Source: an uncultured Burkholderiaceae bacterium (GTDB lineage: Bacteria; Pseudomonadota; Gammaproteobacteria; Burkholderiales; Burkholderiaceae_B). Taken from it: DNA of 38,196 nt. Shown here one piece after another: positions 18,640 to 28,155 of this stretch. Numbering within the stretch: the stretch's first letter is position 1; each line of letters begins with the position of its first letter. The stretch covers positions 1-38,196 of the forward strand of contig CAZPYF010000002.1 of the NCBI GenBank assembly GCA_964590015.1. Reading direction: 5' to 3'. The translations under genes were made by a program, and so were the position numbers. A model generated the notes under the pieces. The model did not search any database. It was not told where the DNA came from and saw only the letters and a program-made list of their open reading frames with translations.

Positions 18640-20166
18640 ATGACCCTGATCAAAGAAGACGACTTCATTCAATCCATCGCCGATGCGGTGCAGTTCATCA
18701 GCTATTACCATCCGGCTGATTACATCCAGCATCTGGCACGCGCTTATGAGCGCGAAGAGAGCCCCGCGGCCAAAGACGCCATTGCGCAGATCCTGACCAA
18801 TTCGCGCATGTGCGCCGAAGGTCGGCGACCCATCTGTCAAGACACGGGCATCGTGAACGTCTTTCTGAAAATCGGCATGAACGTTCGCTTCGACACGCAG
18901 CGCAGCATTCAGGAACTGTGTGATGAAGGCGTGCGCACCGGCTACTTGAACCCTGACAACCCGTTGCGGGCGTCGGTACTGACCGACCCGCTGTTTACCC
19001 GCAAGAATACGCGCGACAACACACCCTGTATTGTCAGCGTCGAACTGGTTCCCGGCGATCGGGTCGACGTACAAGTGGCGGCAAAGGGCGGCGGCTCCGA
19101 GAACAAGACGAAGTTCGTCATGCTGAATCCCAGTGATTCGCTGGTCGACTGGGTGCTCAAAACCGTACCTACCATGGGCGCGGGCTGGTGCCCGCCCGGC
19201 ATGCTCGGCATCGGCGTGGGCGGAACGGCCGAGAAGGCCATGCTGATGGCCAAGCAGGCGCTCATGGACGACATCGACATGTTCGAACTCTTGCAACGCG
19301 GCCCGCAGAACAAGCTGGAAGAGTTGCGCATCGAACTCTATGAGAAGGTCAATGCACTGGGAATCGGTGCGCAAGGTCTGGGTGGGCTCACCACCGTGCT
19401 CGATGTGAAGATCAATACCTTCCCGACGCATGCGGCTTCCAAGCCTGTGGCCATGATCCCGAACTGCGCGGCCACCCGCCACGTGCATTTTGAGCTCGAC
19501 GGGAGCGGTGCGGCTGTGCTGACACCGCCTGCCATGTCGAACTGGCCCGATGTGAACTGGGCGCCTGACTACAACAAGTCGACCCAGGTGAATCTCGATA
19601 CGCTCACCGCCGAGGAAGTCGCGTCCTGGAAGCCGGGTCAGACTCTGCTGCTTTCCGGCAAGATGCTCACCGGCCGCGATGCGGCGCACAAGCGCATTCA
19701 GGAAATGCTTGACCGAGGCGAGTCGCTGCCGGTCGATTTCACCAACCGCATCATCTACTACGTGGGCCCGGTCGACCCGGTTCGTGAAGAAGTAGTCGGT
19801 CCGGCCGGCCCCACCACGGCCACCCGCATGGACAAATTCACCGGCATGATGCTCGAGAAAACCGGCCTCATTGCGATGGTGGGTAAAGCCGAGCGCGGCC
19901 CGGTTGCCATCGACGCGATCCGCGAGCACAAGTCGGCTTACCTCATGGCGGTAGGCGGTTCGGCGTATCTCGTATCGAAGGCGATTCGTAATGCGCGGGT
20001 CGCCGCGTTTGAAGACCTGGGCATGGAAGCGATTTACGAATTCGAAGTGAAGGACATGCCGGTGACCGTAGCCGTCGACTCCACGGGTGAATCGGTGCAC
20101 CAGACCGGCCCGGCCCGTTGGAAGGCGCGAATTGCTGAAATGATTCCGCTCGTACCCGTGAACTAA
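18640..20166 (+). CDS. fumA: Class I (Fe-S) fumarate hydratase, possibly also mesaconase
   Basis: RPICQDTG, DNTP, KGGGSEN, GAGWCPPG, GAQGLGG, NCAATRH, GRDAAHKR, AGPTTATRMD, LGMEAI: the three Fe-S cysteines and class I motifs. Confidence 0.93.
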   Translation: MTLIKEDDFIQSIADAVQFISYYHPADYIQHLARAYEREESPAAKDAIAQILTNSRMCAEGRRPICQDTGIVNVFLKIGMNVRFDTQRSIQELCDEGVRTGYLNPDNPLRASVLTDPLFTRKNTRDNTPCIVSVELVPGDRVDVQVAAKGGGSENKTKFVMLNPSDSLVDWVLKTVPTMGAGWCPPGMLGIGVGGTAEKAMLMAKQALMDDIDMFELLQRGPQNKLEELRIELYEKVNALGIGAQGLGGLTTVLDVKINTFPTHAASKPVAMIPNCAATRHVHFELDGSGAAVLTPPAMSNWPDVNWAPDYNKSTQVNLDTLTAEEVASWKPGQTLLLSGKMLTGRDAAHKRIQEMLDRGESLPVDFTNRIIYYVGPVDPVREEVVGPAGPTTATRMDKFTGMMLEKTGLIAMVGKAERGPVAIDAIREHKSAYLMAVGGSAYLVSKAIRNARVAAFEDLGMEAIYEFEVKDMPVTVAVDSTGESVHQTGPARWKARIAEMIPLVPVN

Positions 20167-20176
20167 TGAGGTAAGC

Positions 20177-21808
20177 ATGCTGACCCCGGCCGATACCTAC
20201 ACCGACTTGCGCGAGCACTTTGCGTGGCAGGTTCCTGAGCGCTACAACATGGGCGTTGACGTCTGTGACAAATGGGCGGCGCGTGAGCCAGACCGTCTGG
20301 CGCTGGTGTATGTGGCGGCCGACGGCCGGGTCGATGAATACAGCTTCGGGCGTTTGCGCGAGTGTTCGAACCGCCTGGCAAACGTATTGCAAGCGCACGG
20401 CGTTCAACGCGGCGACCGCGTGGCCATACTGCTGCCCCAGAGCCCCGAGACGGCTTATGGGCACATTGCCACACACAAGCTCGGCGCGATCTCCATTCCG
20501 CTTTTCACGCTGTTTGGTGCTGAAGCCCTGGGATACCGCTTGAGCGACTCGGGGGCCCGCTGCGTGATCACCGATCGCGCCGGGGCACTGCGGATTGAAG
20601 AGCTGAAGGCCTCATTGCCGGCGCTCGAAACGGTGTTCTGCATCGACGGGCCGTCAGAGCAGGGGGTCGACCTCGCTGCCGCCATGGCGGCAAGCTCAGA
20701 CCACTTCGAGCCGGTCGACACCGCCGCAGATGATCCGGCGGTCATCATCTATACCTCGGGTACCACCGGTCAGCCCAAGGGCGCCCTTCATGCGCATCGC
20801 AGCCTGCTGGGTCACCTGCCTGGTGTGGAGATGAGCCACGATCTGTTTCCGCAGCCGGGCGACCGCATCTGGACGCCGGCTGACTGGGCATGGATCGGCG
20901 GCCTGCTTGATGTGTTGATGCCTGCCCTGCATCACGGGGTCACGGTGGTAGCGAGGCGGTTCGAGAAGTTCGAGCCCGAAGCGGCATTTCAGCTTCTGCA
21001 GGATTTCGGCATCCGCAACGCCTTTATTCCACCCACCGCATTAAAGATGCTGCGTAACGTATCGCAGCCGCGGCAACGATGGTCGTTCGGCCTGCGCAGT
21101 GTGGCTAGCGGCGGCGAATCTCTTGGCGCTGAACTGCTCGACTGGGGTCGCGAGAACCTGGGCGTGACCATCAACGAGTTCTACGGCCAGACCGAATGCA
21201 ATATGACCGTGTCGAGCTGCGGCGCGCTGGAACCTCCTGCGCCGGGCGCCATGGGCTGGCCCGTTCCCGGCCACGATGTCGACATCGTCGACGATCAGGG
21301 AAAGCGCCTGAACGACGGCGAGCATGGCCATATTGCGGTGCGTAGCCCCGACCCGGTGATGTTCCTTGGATACTGGAACAACCCAGAAGCCACGCGCGAA
21401 AAGTTTATTAACGAATGGCTGATCACCGGCGATGTCGGCTACCGGCGGCCCGACGGCCGGCTGTGCTTCGTGGGCCGCAGCGACGACGTCATTACCTCGT
21501 CGGGGTACCGGATCGGGCCCGGCGAGATCGAGGACTGCCTGCTTCGCCACCCTGCGGTGCAGATGGCAGCCGTGGTCGGCAAGCCCGACCCTCTGCGCAC
21601 ACAGATCGTCAAAGCGTATGTCGTGCTGAAGGGCGATCACAAAGCCGGCCCCGAACTGAAGCGCGAGCTACAAGACTGGGTGCGTGAACGGCTGGCGGCC
21701 CATGAGTATCCGCGTGAAGTGGCGTTCGTTGAATCCTTGCCCATGACCACCACTGGTAAGGTCATTCGCCATGAGCTGCGTCGTCAGGCCACGGAATCGG
21801 GCGACTGA
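20177..21808 (+). CDS. AMP-forming acyl-CoA synthetase (medium-chain/ACS-like)
   Basis: YTSGTTGQPKG, ADWAWIGG, EFYGQTE, TGD, GRSDDVITSSGYRIGPGEIE, LPMTTTGKV. SD GAGG; 10 nt after the fumarase. Confidence 0.9.
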   Translation: MLTPADTYTDLREHFAWQVPERYNMGVDVCDKWAAREPDRLALVYVAADGRVDEYSFGRLRECSNRLANVLQAHGVQRGDRVAILLPQSPETAYGHIATHKLGAISIPLFTLFGAEALGYRLSDSGARCVITDRAGALRIEELKASLPALETVFCIDGPSEQGVDLAAAMAASSDHFEPVDTAADDPAVIIYTSGTTGQPKGALHAHRSLLGHLPGVEMSHDLFPQPGDRIWTPADWAWIGGLLDVLMPALHHGVTVVARRFEKFEPEAAFQLLQDFGIRNAFIPPTALKMLRNVSQPRQRWSFGLRSVASGGESLGAELLDWGRENLGVTINEFYGQTECNMTVSSCGALEPPAPGAMGWPVPGHDVDIVDDQGKRLNDGEHGHIAVRSPDPVMFLGYWNNPEATREKFINEWLITGDVGYRRPDGRLCFVGRSDDVITSSGYRIGPGEIEDCLLRHPAVQMAAVVGKPDPLRTQIVKAYVVLKGDHKAGPELKRELQDWVRERLAAHEYPREVAFVESLPMTTTGKVIRHELRRQATESGD

Positions 21809-21855
21809 CTGCAGCGGCAAGCGCCCGCTCGGTTCAACAACACATTGGAGTCGGC

Positions 21856-22683
21856 ATGACGGAGTTTTCAAGCTGGATCGGTCGCACAGAGCGTTGCGCT
21901 GACAATCTCGATATCGGCCATGTACAACAGATCGCTTTGGCATTGGGGCGGCCATGCCCGAATGAGGGCGACGCCTTGCCGCATCTATGGCTGTGGGCTC
22001 ATTTCGTGCGCGGGCAAGTGTATGAAGAGTTGGGCCGTGACGGGCATCCCGCTGAAGGCAGCTTCTTACCACCCTTGGGCGAGCGTAATCGTATGTGGGC
22101 CGGCGGGCGTGTGCAGTTCCACCAGCCGCTGCGTGTGGGCACGCCGGCCGAGCGGCGCTCAACCATTTTGGACATCCAGGAAAAGCAAGGCCGTACCGGC
22201 GCCTTGCTGTTTTTTACCGTACAACACCAGTACCTACAGCATGGCCAGTTGTGTGTCAGCGAAGAACAAGACGTCGTGTACCGCGCGCCCACGCCGCCCA
22301 AGCTGGAAGGCAGCATCGCGGTGCCGGCCGCCCAGTGGGATCAGACGATCGACCCGACAACCGTGGCGCTGTTCCGCTATTCAGCTGTAACGTTCAACGG
22401 CCATCGTATTCATTACGACCTCGACTATGTCACGAAGCAAGAGGGCTATCCCGGCTTGGTGGTGCATGGCCCATTGATCGCTACGCATATGCTGCAAGCC
22501 TGTGTCGATGCCCACCCGGATCGCGAGCCGGCGTCTTTCAATTATCGGGGCTTGCGGCCACTCATTGCACCGCGACCCTTCCAGGTCGGTGGCGCACGTG
22601 TGTCCGACACCACCGCGAATGTATGGGCCCAGCAAGACGGCACGCTGGCCCATCAGGGCGAAGTCGTTTTCAGTGGTTCATGA
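21856..22683 (+). CDS. ich: Double-hotdog (FAS1/MaoC-like) itaconyl-CoA / mesaconyl-C4-CoA hydratase
   Basis: WIGR, LGRDGHP..GSFLPP, RNRMWAGG, EKQGRTGALLF, EEQDVVYR, LFRYSAVTFNGHRIHYD, EGYPGLVVHGPLIAT, YRGLRPL. Closely resembles my recollection of Pseudomonas aeruginosa Ich. SD GGAG. Confidence 0.78.
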   Translation: MTEFSSWIGRTERCADNLDIGHVQQIALALGRPCPNEGDALPHLWLWAHFVRGQVYEELGRDGHPAEGSFLPPLGERNRMWAGGRVQFHQPLRVGTPAERRSTILDIQEKQGRTGALLFFTVQHQYLQHGQLCVSEEQDVVYRAPTPPKLEGSIAVPAAQWDQTIDPTTVALFRYSAVTFNGHRIHYDLDYVTKQEGYPGLVVHGPLIATHMLQACVDAHPDREPASFNYRGLRPLIAPRPFQVGGARVSDTTANVWAQQDGTLAHQGEVVFSGS

Positions 22684-23510
22684 GCACAGAGATGCAAAAA
22701 CCGATGCGCAGTGCGCTTTTTGTTCCAGGTAGCCGGCCGGAACGGTTCGGCAAGGCATTAAACGCCGGCGCCGATGCCGTCATCATTGACCTCGAAGACG
22801 CGGTCGAACCCGAAGCTAAGGGCTCGGCGCGGGAACACATCGCCCAGTTTGCCGCCGGCCACCGCGACGCACGCTTCCTTGTACGCTGCAACACGGTGGA
22901 ATCGCCCTGGTTCGAACACGACATGGCGCTGTGCAAGAGTCTCGGAGCTGTCACGGCCGTCGTGCTTCCCAAAGCCGAGCGGCCTGAGCAGATCGAGCAG
23001 GTCGCACACCGTACGGGCAAGCCGGTGATACCCATTGTGGAAAGCGCGCGGGGTGTCGCCGCGCTCGAGGTCCTGGCGGGCGCACCCGGCGTGGCGCGTC
23101 TGGCATTCGGCTTTCTCGATTTGATGCTCGACACCGGCACCCGCCCGAACACACCGGGGGCGGCGCTATTGCTCGATCATGTTCGCTGCCGCATGGTGCT
23201 GGCCAGCGCGGCGGCAGGCGTTCAGGCACCCCTCGACGGTGTACAGCCTGATTTCCGCGACCTCGACGGCCTTGCCCGCATCATCACTCAGGTGCGTGAT
23301 ATGGGTTTCGCCGGAGCGTTGTGCATCCATCCTGCACAGGTGGATGTCGTGCATCGCGTTTATGCACCGTCGGAAACGGAACGGGAATGGGCCGCGCGCG
23401 TTGTGGCGGAGTTTGAGCGTACGGGCGCTGCAGCGTTCCAGGTTGACGGGCAAATGGTTGACGCGCCGGTGATCGAACGGGCACGCCGCATCCTGGCGTC
23501 GTCAGTGTGA
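22680..23510 (+). CDS. ccl: CitE/HpcH-family CoA-ester lyase, probable (S)-citramalyl-CoA lyase
   Basis: RSALFVPGSRPER..KAL..GAD, IDLEDAV, LPKAE, PIVESARG, RLAFG.LD, PLDGV, RDMGF.G.LCIHP.QV, DGQMVDAPV. ATGA-coupled to ich. Confidence 0.75.
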   Translation: MSTEMQKPMRSALFVPGSRPERFGKALNAGADAVIIDLEDAVEPEAKGSAREHIAQFAAGHRDARFLVRCNTVESPWFEHDMALCKSLGAVTAVVLPKAERPEQIEQVAHRTGKPVIPIVESARGVAALEVLAGAPGVARLAFGFLDLMLDTGTRPNTPGAALLLDHVRCRMVLASAAAGVQAPLDGVQPDFRDLDGLARIITQVRDMGFAGALCIHPAQVDVVHRVYAPSETEREWAARVVAEFERTGAAAFQVDGQMVDAPVIERARRILASSV

Positions 23511-23512
23511 TT

Positions 23513-24115
23513 TCAGCGGCGTTTGAGTTCGCCCGGCTCATGGGGCGGCGTAGTGGCTTCGCCAGGCTCTGACGACAGCCGCTCGAGGTTTTGATCGCCA
23601 CAAGCCGCTAGCAAAGCGGCGAGTTCGCCATGCGGTAGCCACAAGTCGGGCTCCAGATCATGCAGCGGCTGCAAGACAAATGCGCGCTGGTGCATGCGCG
23701 GATGCGGCAATGTCAGGAAAGCCGTTTCCCTAAGTTCGTTGCCATGTAGAAGTAGATCGAGGTCGAGAGTACGAGGCGCGTTCTGATAAGGCCGTTCGCG
23801 CCCGTAGCGGTTTTCGATCCCATGCAACGCTCTCAGCAGATCCTCCGCCTCAAGCGTTGTTTCCGCCTTGATCACGGCGTTAATGAAGTCGGGGCCGTCG
23901 GCATCGACCGGCGCGCTGCGGTATAGCGGTGAACGCTCGATGCTCTGTACGCGCGGTAAGTCTGCGATGTCGCGTGTGGCCGCTTCGAGTACCGCCCGCG
24001 CGTCGCCCAGATTCGCGCCCAAGCCGATGTAGGCGAACACGCGTTTGGGTGGCCTGATGAAACCGCTGCCGCCGGCTCTGGGCGGTAGCGGCTTACCGCT
24101 ACCTCCTGAGCTCAT
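23513..24115 (-). CDS. folK: 2-amino-4-hydroxy-6-hydroxymethyldihydropteridine diphosphokinase
   Basis: AYIGLGANLG, SPLYRSAP, FINAV, GRER..NAPRTLDLDLL, LPHPRMHQRAFVLQPL. ATGA-coupled to pcnB; carries a ~25-aa N-terminal extension. Confidence 0.93.
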   Translation of the reverse strand: MSSGGSGKPLPPRAGGSGFIRPPKRVFAYIGLGANLGDARAVLEAATRDIADLPRVQSIERSPLYRSAPVDADGPDFINAVIKAETTLEAEDLLRALHGIENRYGRERPYQNAPRTLDLDLLLHGNELRETAFLTLPHPRMHQRAFVLQPLHDLEPDLWLPHGELAALLAACGDQNLERLSSEPGEATTPPHEPGELKRR

Positions 24116-25476
24116 TCTGTCGGGCTCTGCGTGGCGGCGCCTGTGGGCTTGCGGCGAGGCCGGCGGCGCCGCTTACGCAGCCCGGGGGCGCGGTCGCGCT
24201 GAGAAGACTGTTGGGCTTCGATCATGGGTACACGGGCGTCGGGGTCGGCGTTGGCCAAGTCCATCCACCACTGCGCCATGACGCTGTCGACTTCCCGGGC
24301 TTCCGCACGCAGTTGCAGGAAGTCGACCGCCGCGCGGAATCGGGGTTGTTCAAGCATGCGCCAGATGGCCTTGGCGTTGACACGCTCGAAGCGCGCCTGC
24401 ATGAACCAGATTTCTCGTATGTCGGCGATGAATCGCCGTTGTATCGCCATTTTGCGCGACTGTTCGTCGAGCACCGAGTCGGCCGCTTCCAGCAGCGTTT
24501 GAGTCGGATGCCCCCCGGCCTGAACCAACGCCTGCCAGCGCTGGTTCACGAGCTTCCACAACAGAGCGGCAAAGAGAAAACTCGGGCTCACCGGTTTGCC
24601 CGTTCGCACCCGCGCATCGGTTCTGCTCAATGCCAGGTCGACGAATTCTTCGCCTTCGGGCACGTTGAACACAATGTCGAGCAGGGGCATCAGATCTTGG
24701 TGCAGACCCACCTCGCGCAGCATGCGCAGACAGTCCATCGCGTGCCCACATGTGAGCAACTTCAGCGTCTCGTCGAACAGACGTGAGGCCGGAACATTCT
24801 CGATGAGCGGCGCCAGGCGACGGATCGGTTCCAGCGTGGCGGGTTCGATTCTGGCGGAGAGCTTCGAGGCGAAGCGAACCGCCCGCAGCATGCGTACGGG
24901 GTCTTCGCGATAACGCTGTACCGGATCGCCGATCATGCGCACGACGCGGCTTTGCAGGTCGGCAACGCCGCGATGGAAGTCTATGACCTCTTCACTCAAG
25001 GGGTCGTAGTAGAGCGCGTTCAATGTGAAGTCGCGCCGCGCCGCGTCGTCTTCGTGGGTACCGAATTCGTTGTCGCGCAGAATACGACCATGTTCGTCGG
25101 TGTGCTCGCTATCGGTGGTGGAGGCTGCCCGGAACGTGGCCGTCTCGATGATTTCGGGGCCGAAAACAACGTGAACCAAGCGGAAGCGGCGGCCGATAAT
25201 GCGGGCGCGGCGAAATAACGGCTTGATTTGCTCCGGCGTTGCATTGGTGGCGACGTCGAAGTCTTTAGGTTGCAGACCCACGATGAGATCGCGCACGGCA
25301 CCGCCCACGACGTAGGCCTCGAATCCGTGCTGCCTGAGAACCTCGCAGACCTTGATGGCGTGGCGCGACACATTGCGCCGGTCGATACCGTGCTTCTCGA
25401 CTGGGAGACGCTCAGGGCCCCGGCGTGGGCCTGTGAGGAGGCGGGCAACGAATTTCTTTATTGTTTCTGGCAGCAT
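24112..25476 (-). CDS. pcnB: Poly(A) polymerase I
   Basis: VVGGAVRDL, PKDFDVAT, PAP-specific IIGRRFRLVHV, RRDFTLNALYY, EDPVRMLRAVRF, PRFRAAVDFL, Arg-rich C-terminal tail. Confidence 0.95.
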   Translation of the reverse strand: MLPETIKKFVARLLTGPRRGPERLPVEKHGIDRRNVSRHAIKVCEVLRQHGFEAYVVGGAVRDLIVGLQPKDFDVATNATPEQIKPLFRRARIIGRRFRLVHVVFGPEIIETATFRAASTTDSEHTDEHGRILRDNEFGTHEDDAARRDFTLNALYYDPLSEEVIDFHRGVADLQSRVVRMIGDPVQRYREDPVRMLRAVRFASKLSARIEPATLEPIRRLAPLIENVPASRLFDETLKLLTCGHAMDCLRMLREVGLHQDLMPLLDIVFNVPEGEEFVDLALSRTDARVRTGKPVSPSFLFAALLWKLVNQRWQALVQAGGHPTQTLLEAADSVLDEQSRKMAIQRRFIADIREIWFMQARFERVNAKAIWRMLEQPRFRAAVDFLQLRAEAREVDSVMAQWWMDLANADPDARVPMIEAQQSSQRDRAPGLRKRRRRPRRKPTGAATQSPTE

Positions 25477-25595
25477 TTGCGTATTTTAATGACCACGAGC
25501 GCAGGCGCATGCAATGCCTGACACGCGGTCGGCACGCTGGCACGAGGGTAATGCCCTGCAGGGAAACCGGCGCCCCCAAGGGTCGAAGAGCCTCA

Positions 25596-26297
25596 TTATG
25601 ACTTGGCGTCGTGCATTTCCGTGAAAAGATCAAGTATCTTCCAGCCGCGCGCCTGAGCCGTCTCGCGCAGCGCGGGGCTCGGGTTCGTGGCGATGGGGTG
25701 GCTCACCACCTCGAGCAGCGGCAGATCGTTGGGCGAATCGCTATAGAAATGGGTTTCCTGAAAGTCGTCTCGTGTCAGGCCCTTGGTCTTCAACCAGGCG
25801 TCGACCCGTACGATCTTGCCGGCCTGGAAGCTCGGCACGCCCTCGATGCGGCCGGTGTAGCGGCCGAGGCGTTGCTCGGCGACTGTGGCAATGAGGTGAG
25901 GGATGCCAAAGGCTCGGGCGATGGGCGCCGTTACGAAGTCGTTTGTGGCGGTGACAATGGCGCAGAGGTCGCCGCGTGCCATGTGTTCCTGCACCAGCGC
26001 GATGGCGTTTTCGCGAATGGCGGGGCGTACCACTTCGGCCATGAAGACTTCATGCCAATGCGCAAGTTCGGGCATGCTTGCCCGCGCCAGTAAGCCCAGC
26101 ATGAACTCCGCTGATTGCTCGGCCGTAAGCTGCCCTGCGTTGTAGCGCTCCATCAGTTCTTCGTTGCGCCGTTGCGCTTCGGCCGGATCGCCGGCGCGCC
26201 CCGTGCGCGCCAGAAAATCGGCCCATTGGTAATCGCTGTCGAGTGGCAGCAACGTGTGGTCCAGGTCGAACAGGGCAAGGCGTGAGGCAGAGGTCAT
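25596..26297 (-). CDS. HAD-IB family phosphatase (SerB/HisN-like)
   Basis: LALFDLDHTL motif I, VTAT motif II, GK motif III, FYSDSPNDLPLL motif IV, NP. Conserved position between hda and pcnB. Confidence 0.88.
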   Translation of the reverse strand: MTSASRLALFDLDHTLLPLDSDYQWADFLARTGRAGDPAEAQRRNEELMERYNAGQLTAEQSAEFMLGLLARASMPELAHWHEVFMAEVVRPAIRENAIALVQEHMARGDLCAIVTATNDFVTAPIARAFGIPHLIATVAEQRLGRYTGRIEGVPSFQAGKIVRVDAWLKTKGLTRDDFQETHFYSDSPNDLPLLEVVSHPIATNPSPALRETAQARGWKILDLFTEMHDAKS

Positions 26298-26309
26298 GTC
26301 AGAGTTTTC

Positions 26310-26996
26310 TCATGGCTGGTCGTTTGCCAGCAAGTCTTTTAATAAAGGCAGGGTGATGGCCCGATGGCGGGCCAGGGAATAACGGTCGAGTGCATCGACC
26401 AGGGCGCTCAAGCGGCTCATGTCACGGTCGTGGTGGGTCAGCAGCCAGGTAACCACTTCGTTGGAAAGATCGAGCCCACGTTCGGCAGCTCGTGCGTGCA
26501 GTGCCCGGGCCCTTTCCTCGTCAGACAGCTGTTCGAGTCGGAATACCAGATCCCATCCCAGCCGCGTGCGCAAATCTTCACGAACGTTCATGTTCAACGG
26601 TGCCCGGTCGCCGGCCAGCACGAGCGAAAAAGCGTGACGTGTGGCGGCCATCTCGCGCCACCGGTTGTATAGCGCGAAAAGCGCGGCCTGGCCCTCGGCA
26701 TCCAATGTCTCGACATCGTCGACGGCCACGAGCGCCGGTGGGGTCGCATCGCCCGTCGCCATGGCATGCAGGTCGGCCGCACCCGCATGGGCCGGGTGGT
26801 AGTGGCCGCCGGCCCGATGACACATGCCCTGAAGCAGATGGGTGCGACCGACCCCCTTGGGGCCCCACAGATAGATAGCGCGACCCGGCGTGCACTGTTG
26901 CAACGCGTCAAGCGCCGCCCCGTTATCCCCCGGCACGAAATTCTCGAGCGTAGGCGGTGGCGGAGCGAGCAGATCGAGGATCAGTTGTTGGGCCAT
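26310..26996 (-). CDS. hda: DnaA regulatory inactivator Hda
   Basis: N-terminal clamp motif QLILDL, TLENFVPGDN, YLWGPKGVGRTHLL, VDDV, LFALYN, DLRTRLGW, LDRYSL, ITLPLLK. Start set at ATG 26996. Confidence 0.92.
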   Translation of the reverse strand: MAQQLILDLLAPPPPTLENFVPGDNGAALDALQQCTPGRAIYLWGPKGVGRTHLLQGMCHRAGGHYHPAHAGAADLHAMATGDATPPALVAVDDVETLDAEGQAALFALYNRWREMAATRHAFSLVLAGDRAPLNMNVREDLRTRLGWDLVFRLEQLSDEERARALHARAAERGLDLSNEVVTWLLTHHDRDMSRLSALVDALDRYSLARHRAITLPLLKDLLANDQP

Positions 26997-27102
26997 ACCG
27001 CTCGCCGCAAGTGCGTGTGGGGCCACATTCCGTGGTTCATCGTAAAATCGGGTCGGTCTAATCATTCAACCCGCAATTCTTGCACATCCCACGGCTTTTC
27101 TC

Positions 27103-28155
27103 ATGACTGACAAACATTCTGCATCTCTCACCTATCGCGACGCGGGCGTCGACATCGATGCCGGCGAGGCGTTGGTAGACCGCATTAAGCCCTTTGCGGC
27201 GCGCACCATGCGGGCAGGGGTCATGGCCGGCATTGGCGGCTTCGGCGCTTTATTCGAGGTGCCGCGCCATCTGAAAGAGCCGGTGCTGGTGTCGGGTACC
27301 GACGGGGTGGGCACCAAGCTGCGTCTGGCGTTCGAGTGGAACCGACACGACACGGTGGGCGTCGATCTGGTAGCCATGAGCGTGAATGACATTCTCGTGC
27401 AAGGCGCCGAACCGCTGTTCTTTCTCGATTACTTTGCCTGCGGCAAGCTGTCGGTCGACACGGCGGCCACGGTCGTGCAGGGCATTGCAAAAGGGTGCGA
27501 ACTGGCCGGCTGCGCGCTGATCGGCGGGGAAACCGCCGAGATGCCGGGCATGTATCCCGACGGTGAATACGATCTGGCCGGTTTTGCGGTGGGCGCGGTG
27601 GAAAAATCGGCCATCATCGACGGCGGCGATATTGCACCGGGCGACGTCATACTGGGTCTGGCATCGAGCGGCGCGCATTCCAACGGTTTCTCGTTGCTGC
27701 GCAAGATTCTCAAGCATGCCAATGGCCGGCCCGAGCAAGAGCTTGATGGTCGTTCACTCGAAGATGTCGTCATGGCACCCACGCGTATTTACGTGAAATC
27801 GGTGTTGCATGCGTTGGCTCAACATGGCCGCGACATCAAAGGCCTGGCCCACATCACGGGCGGCGGGCTGCTCGATAACGTGCCCCGCATCTTGGGCGCC
27901 GACCGGGCGGCGCGGCTGCATCGCGATGCCTGGCAATTGCCTCCCCTGTTTCAGTGGCTGCAGCAAAACGGTAACGTGGCCGACGAAGAAATGCACCGCG
28001 TCTTTAACTGCGGCATCGGCATGGTAGTGGTGGTGCCGGCCGCTGAAGCGGATGCCATCTCGGCCACGCTGGCCGGCCAGGGCGAAACGGTTTACCGCCT
28101 GGGCCAGATTGAAGAGCGCCAAGGTTCCGAGGCGCCGCAGGTCATCATTAGTTAA
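27103..28155 (+). CDS. purM: Phosphoribosylformylglycinamidine cyclo-ligase (AIR synthetase)
   Basis: [64 protein letters not shown]. Confidence 0.97.
   Translation: MTDKHSASLTYRDAGVDIDAGEALVDRIKPFAARTMRAGVMAGIGGFGALFEVPRHLKEPVLVSGTDGVGTKLRLAFEWNRHDTVGVDLVAMSVNDILVQGAEPLFFLDYFACGKLSVDTAATVVQGIAKGCELAGCALIGGETAEMPGMYPDGEYDLAGFAVGAVEKSAIIDGGDIAPGDVILGLASSGAHSNGFSLLRKILKHANGRPEQELDGRSLEDVVMAPTRIYVKSVLHALAQHGRDIKGLAHITGGGLLDNVPRILGADRAARLHRDAWQLPPLFQWLQQNGNVADEEMHRVFNCGIGMVVVVPAAEADAISATLAGQGETVYRLGQIEERQGSEAPQVIIS

Noticed and set aside
18619-20178. 519-aa antisense ORF spanning the fumarase
   Set aside because: Codon-aligned mirror of a strongly biased high-GC gene, with no recognisable motifs; a typical shadow ORF.
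22095-22679. 195-codon in-frame upstream extension of ccl overlapping ich (possible frameshift fusion)
   Set aside because: The extension is Arg/Ala/Pro-rich off-frame sequence. A clean ATGA coupling at 22680-22683 explains the ccl start, and ich is intact.
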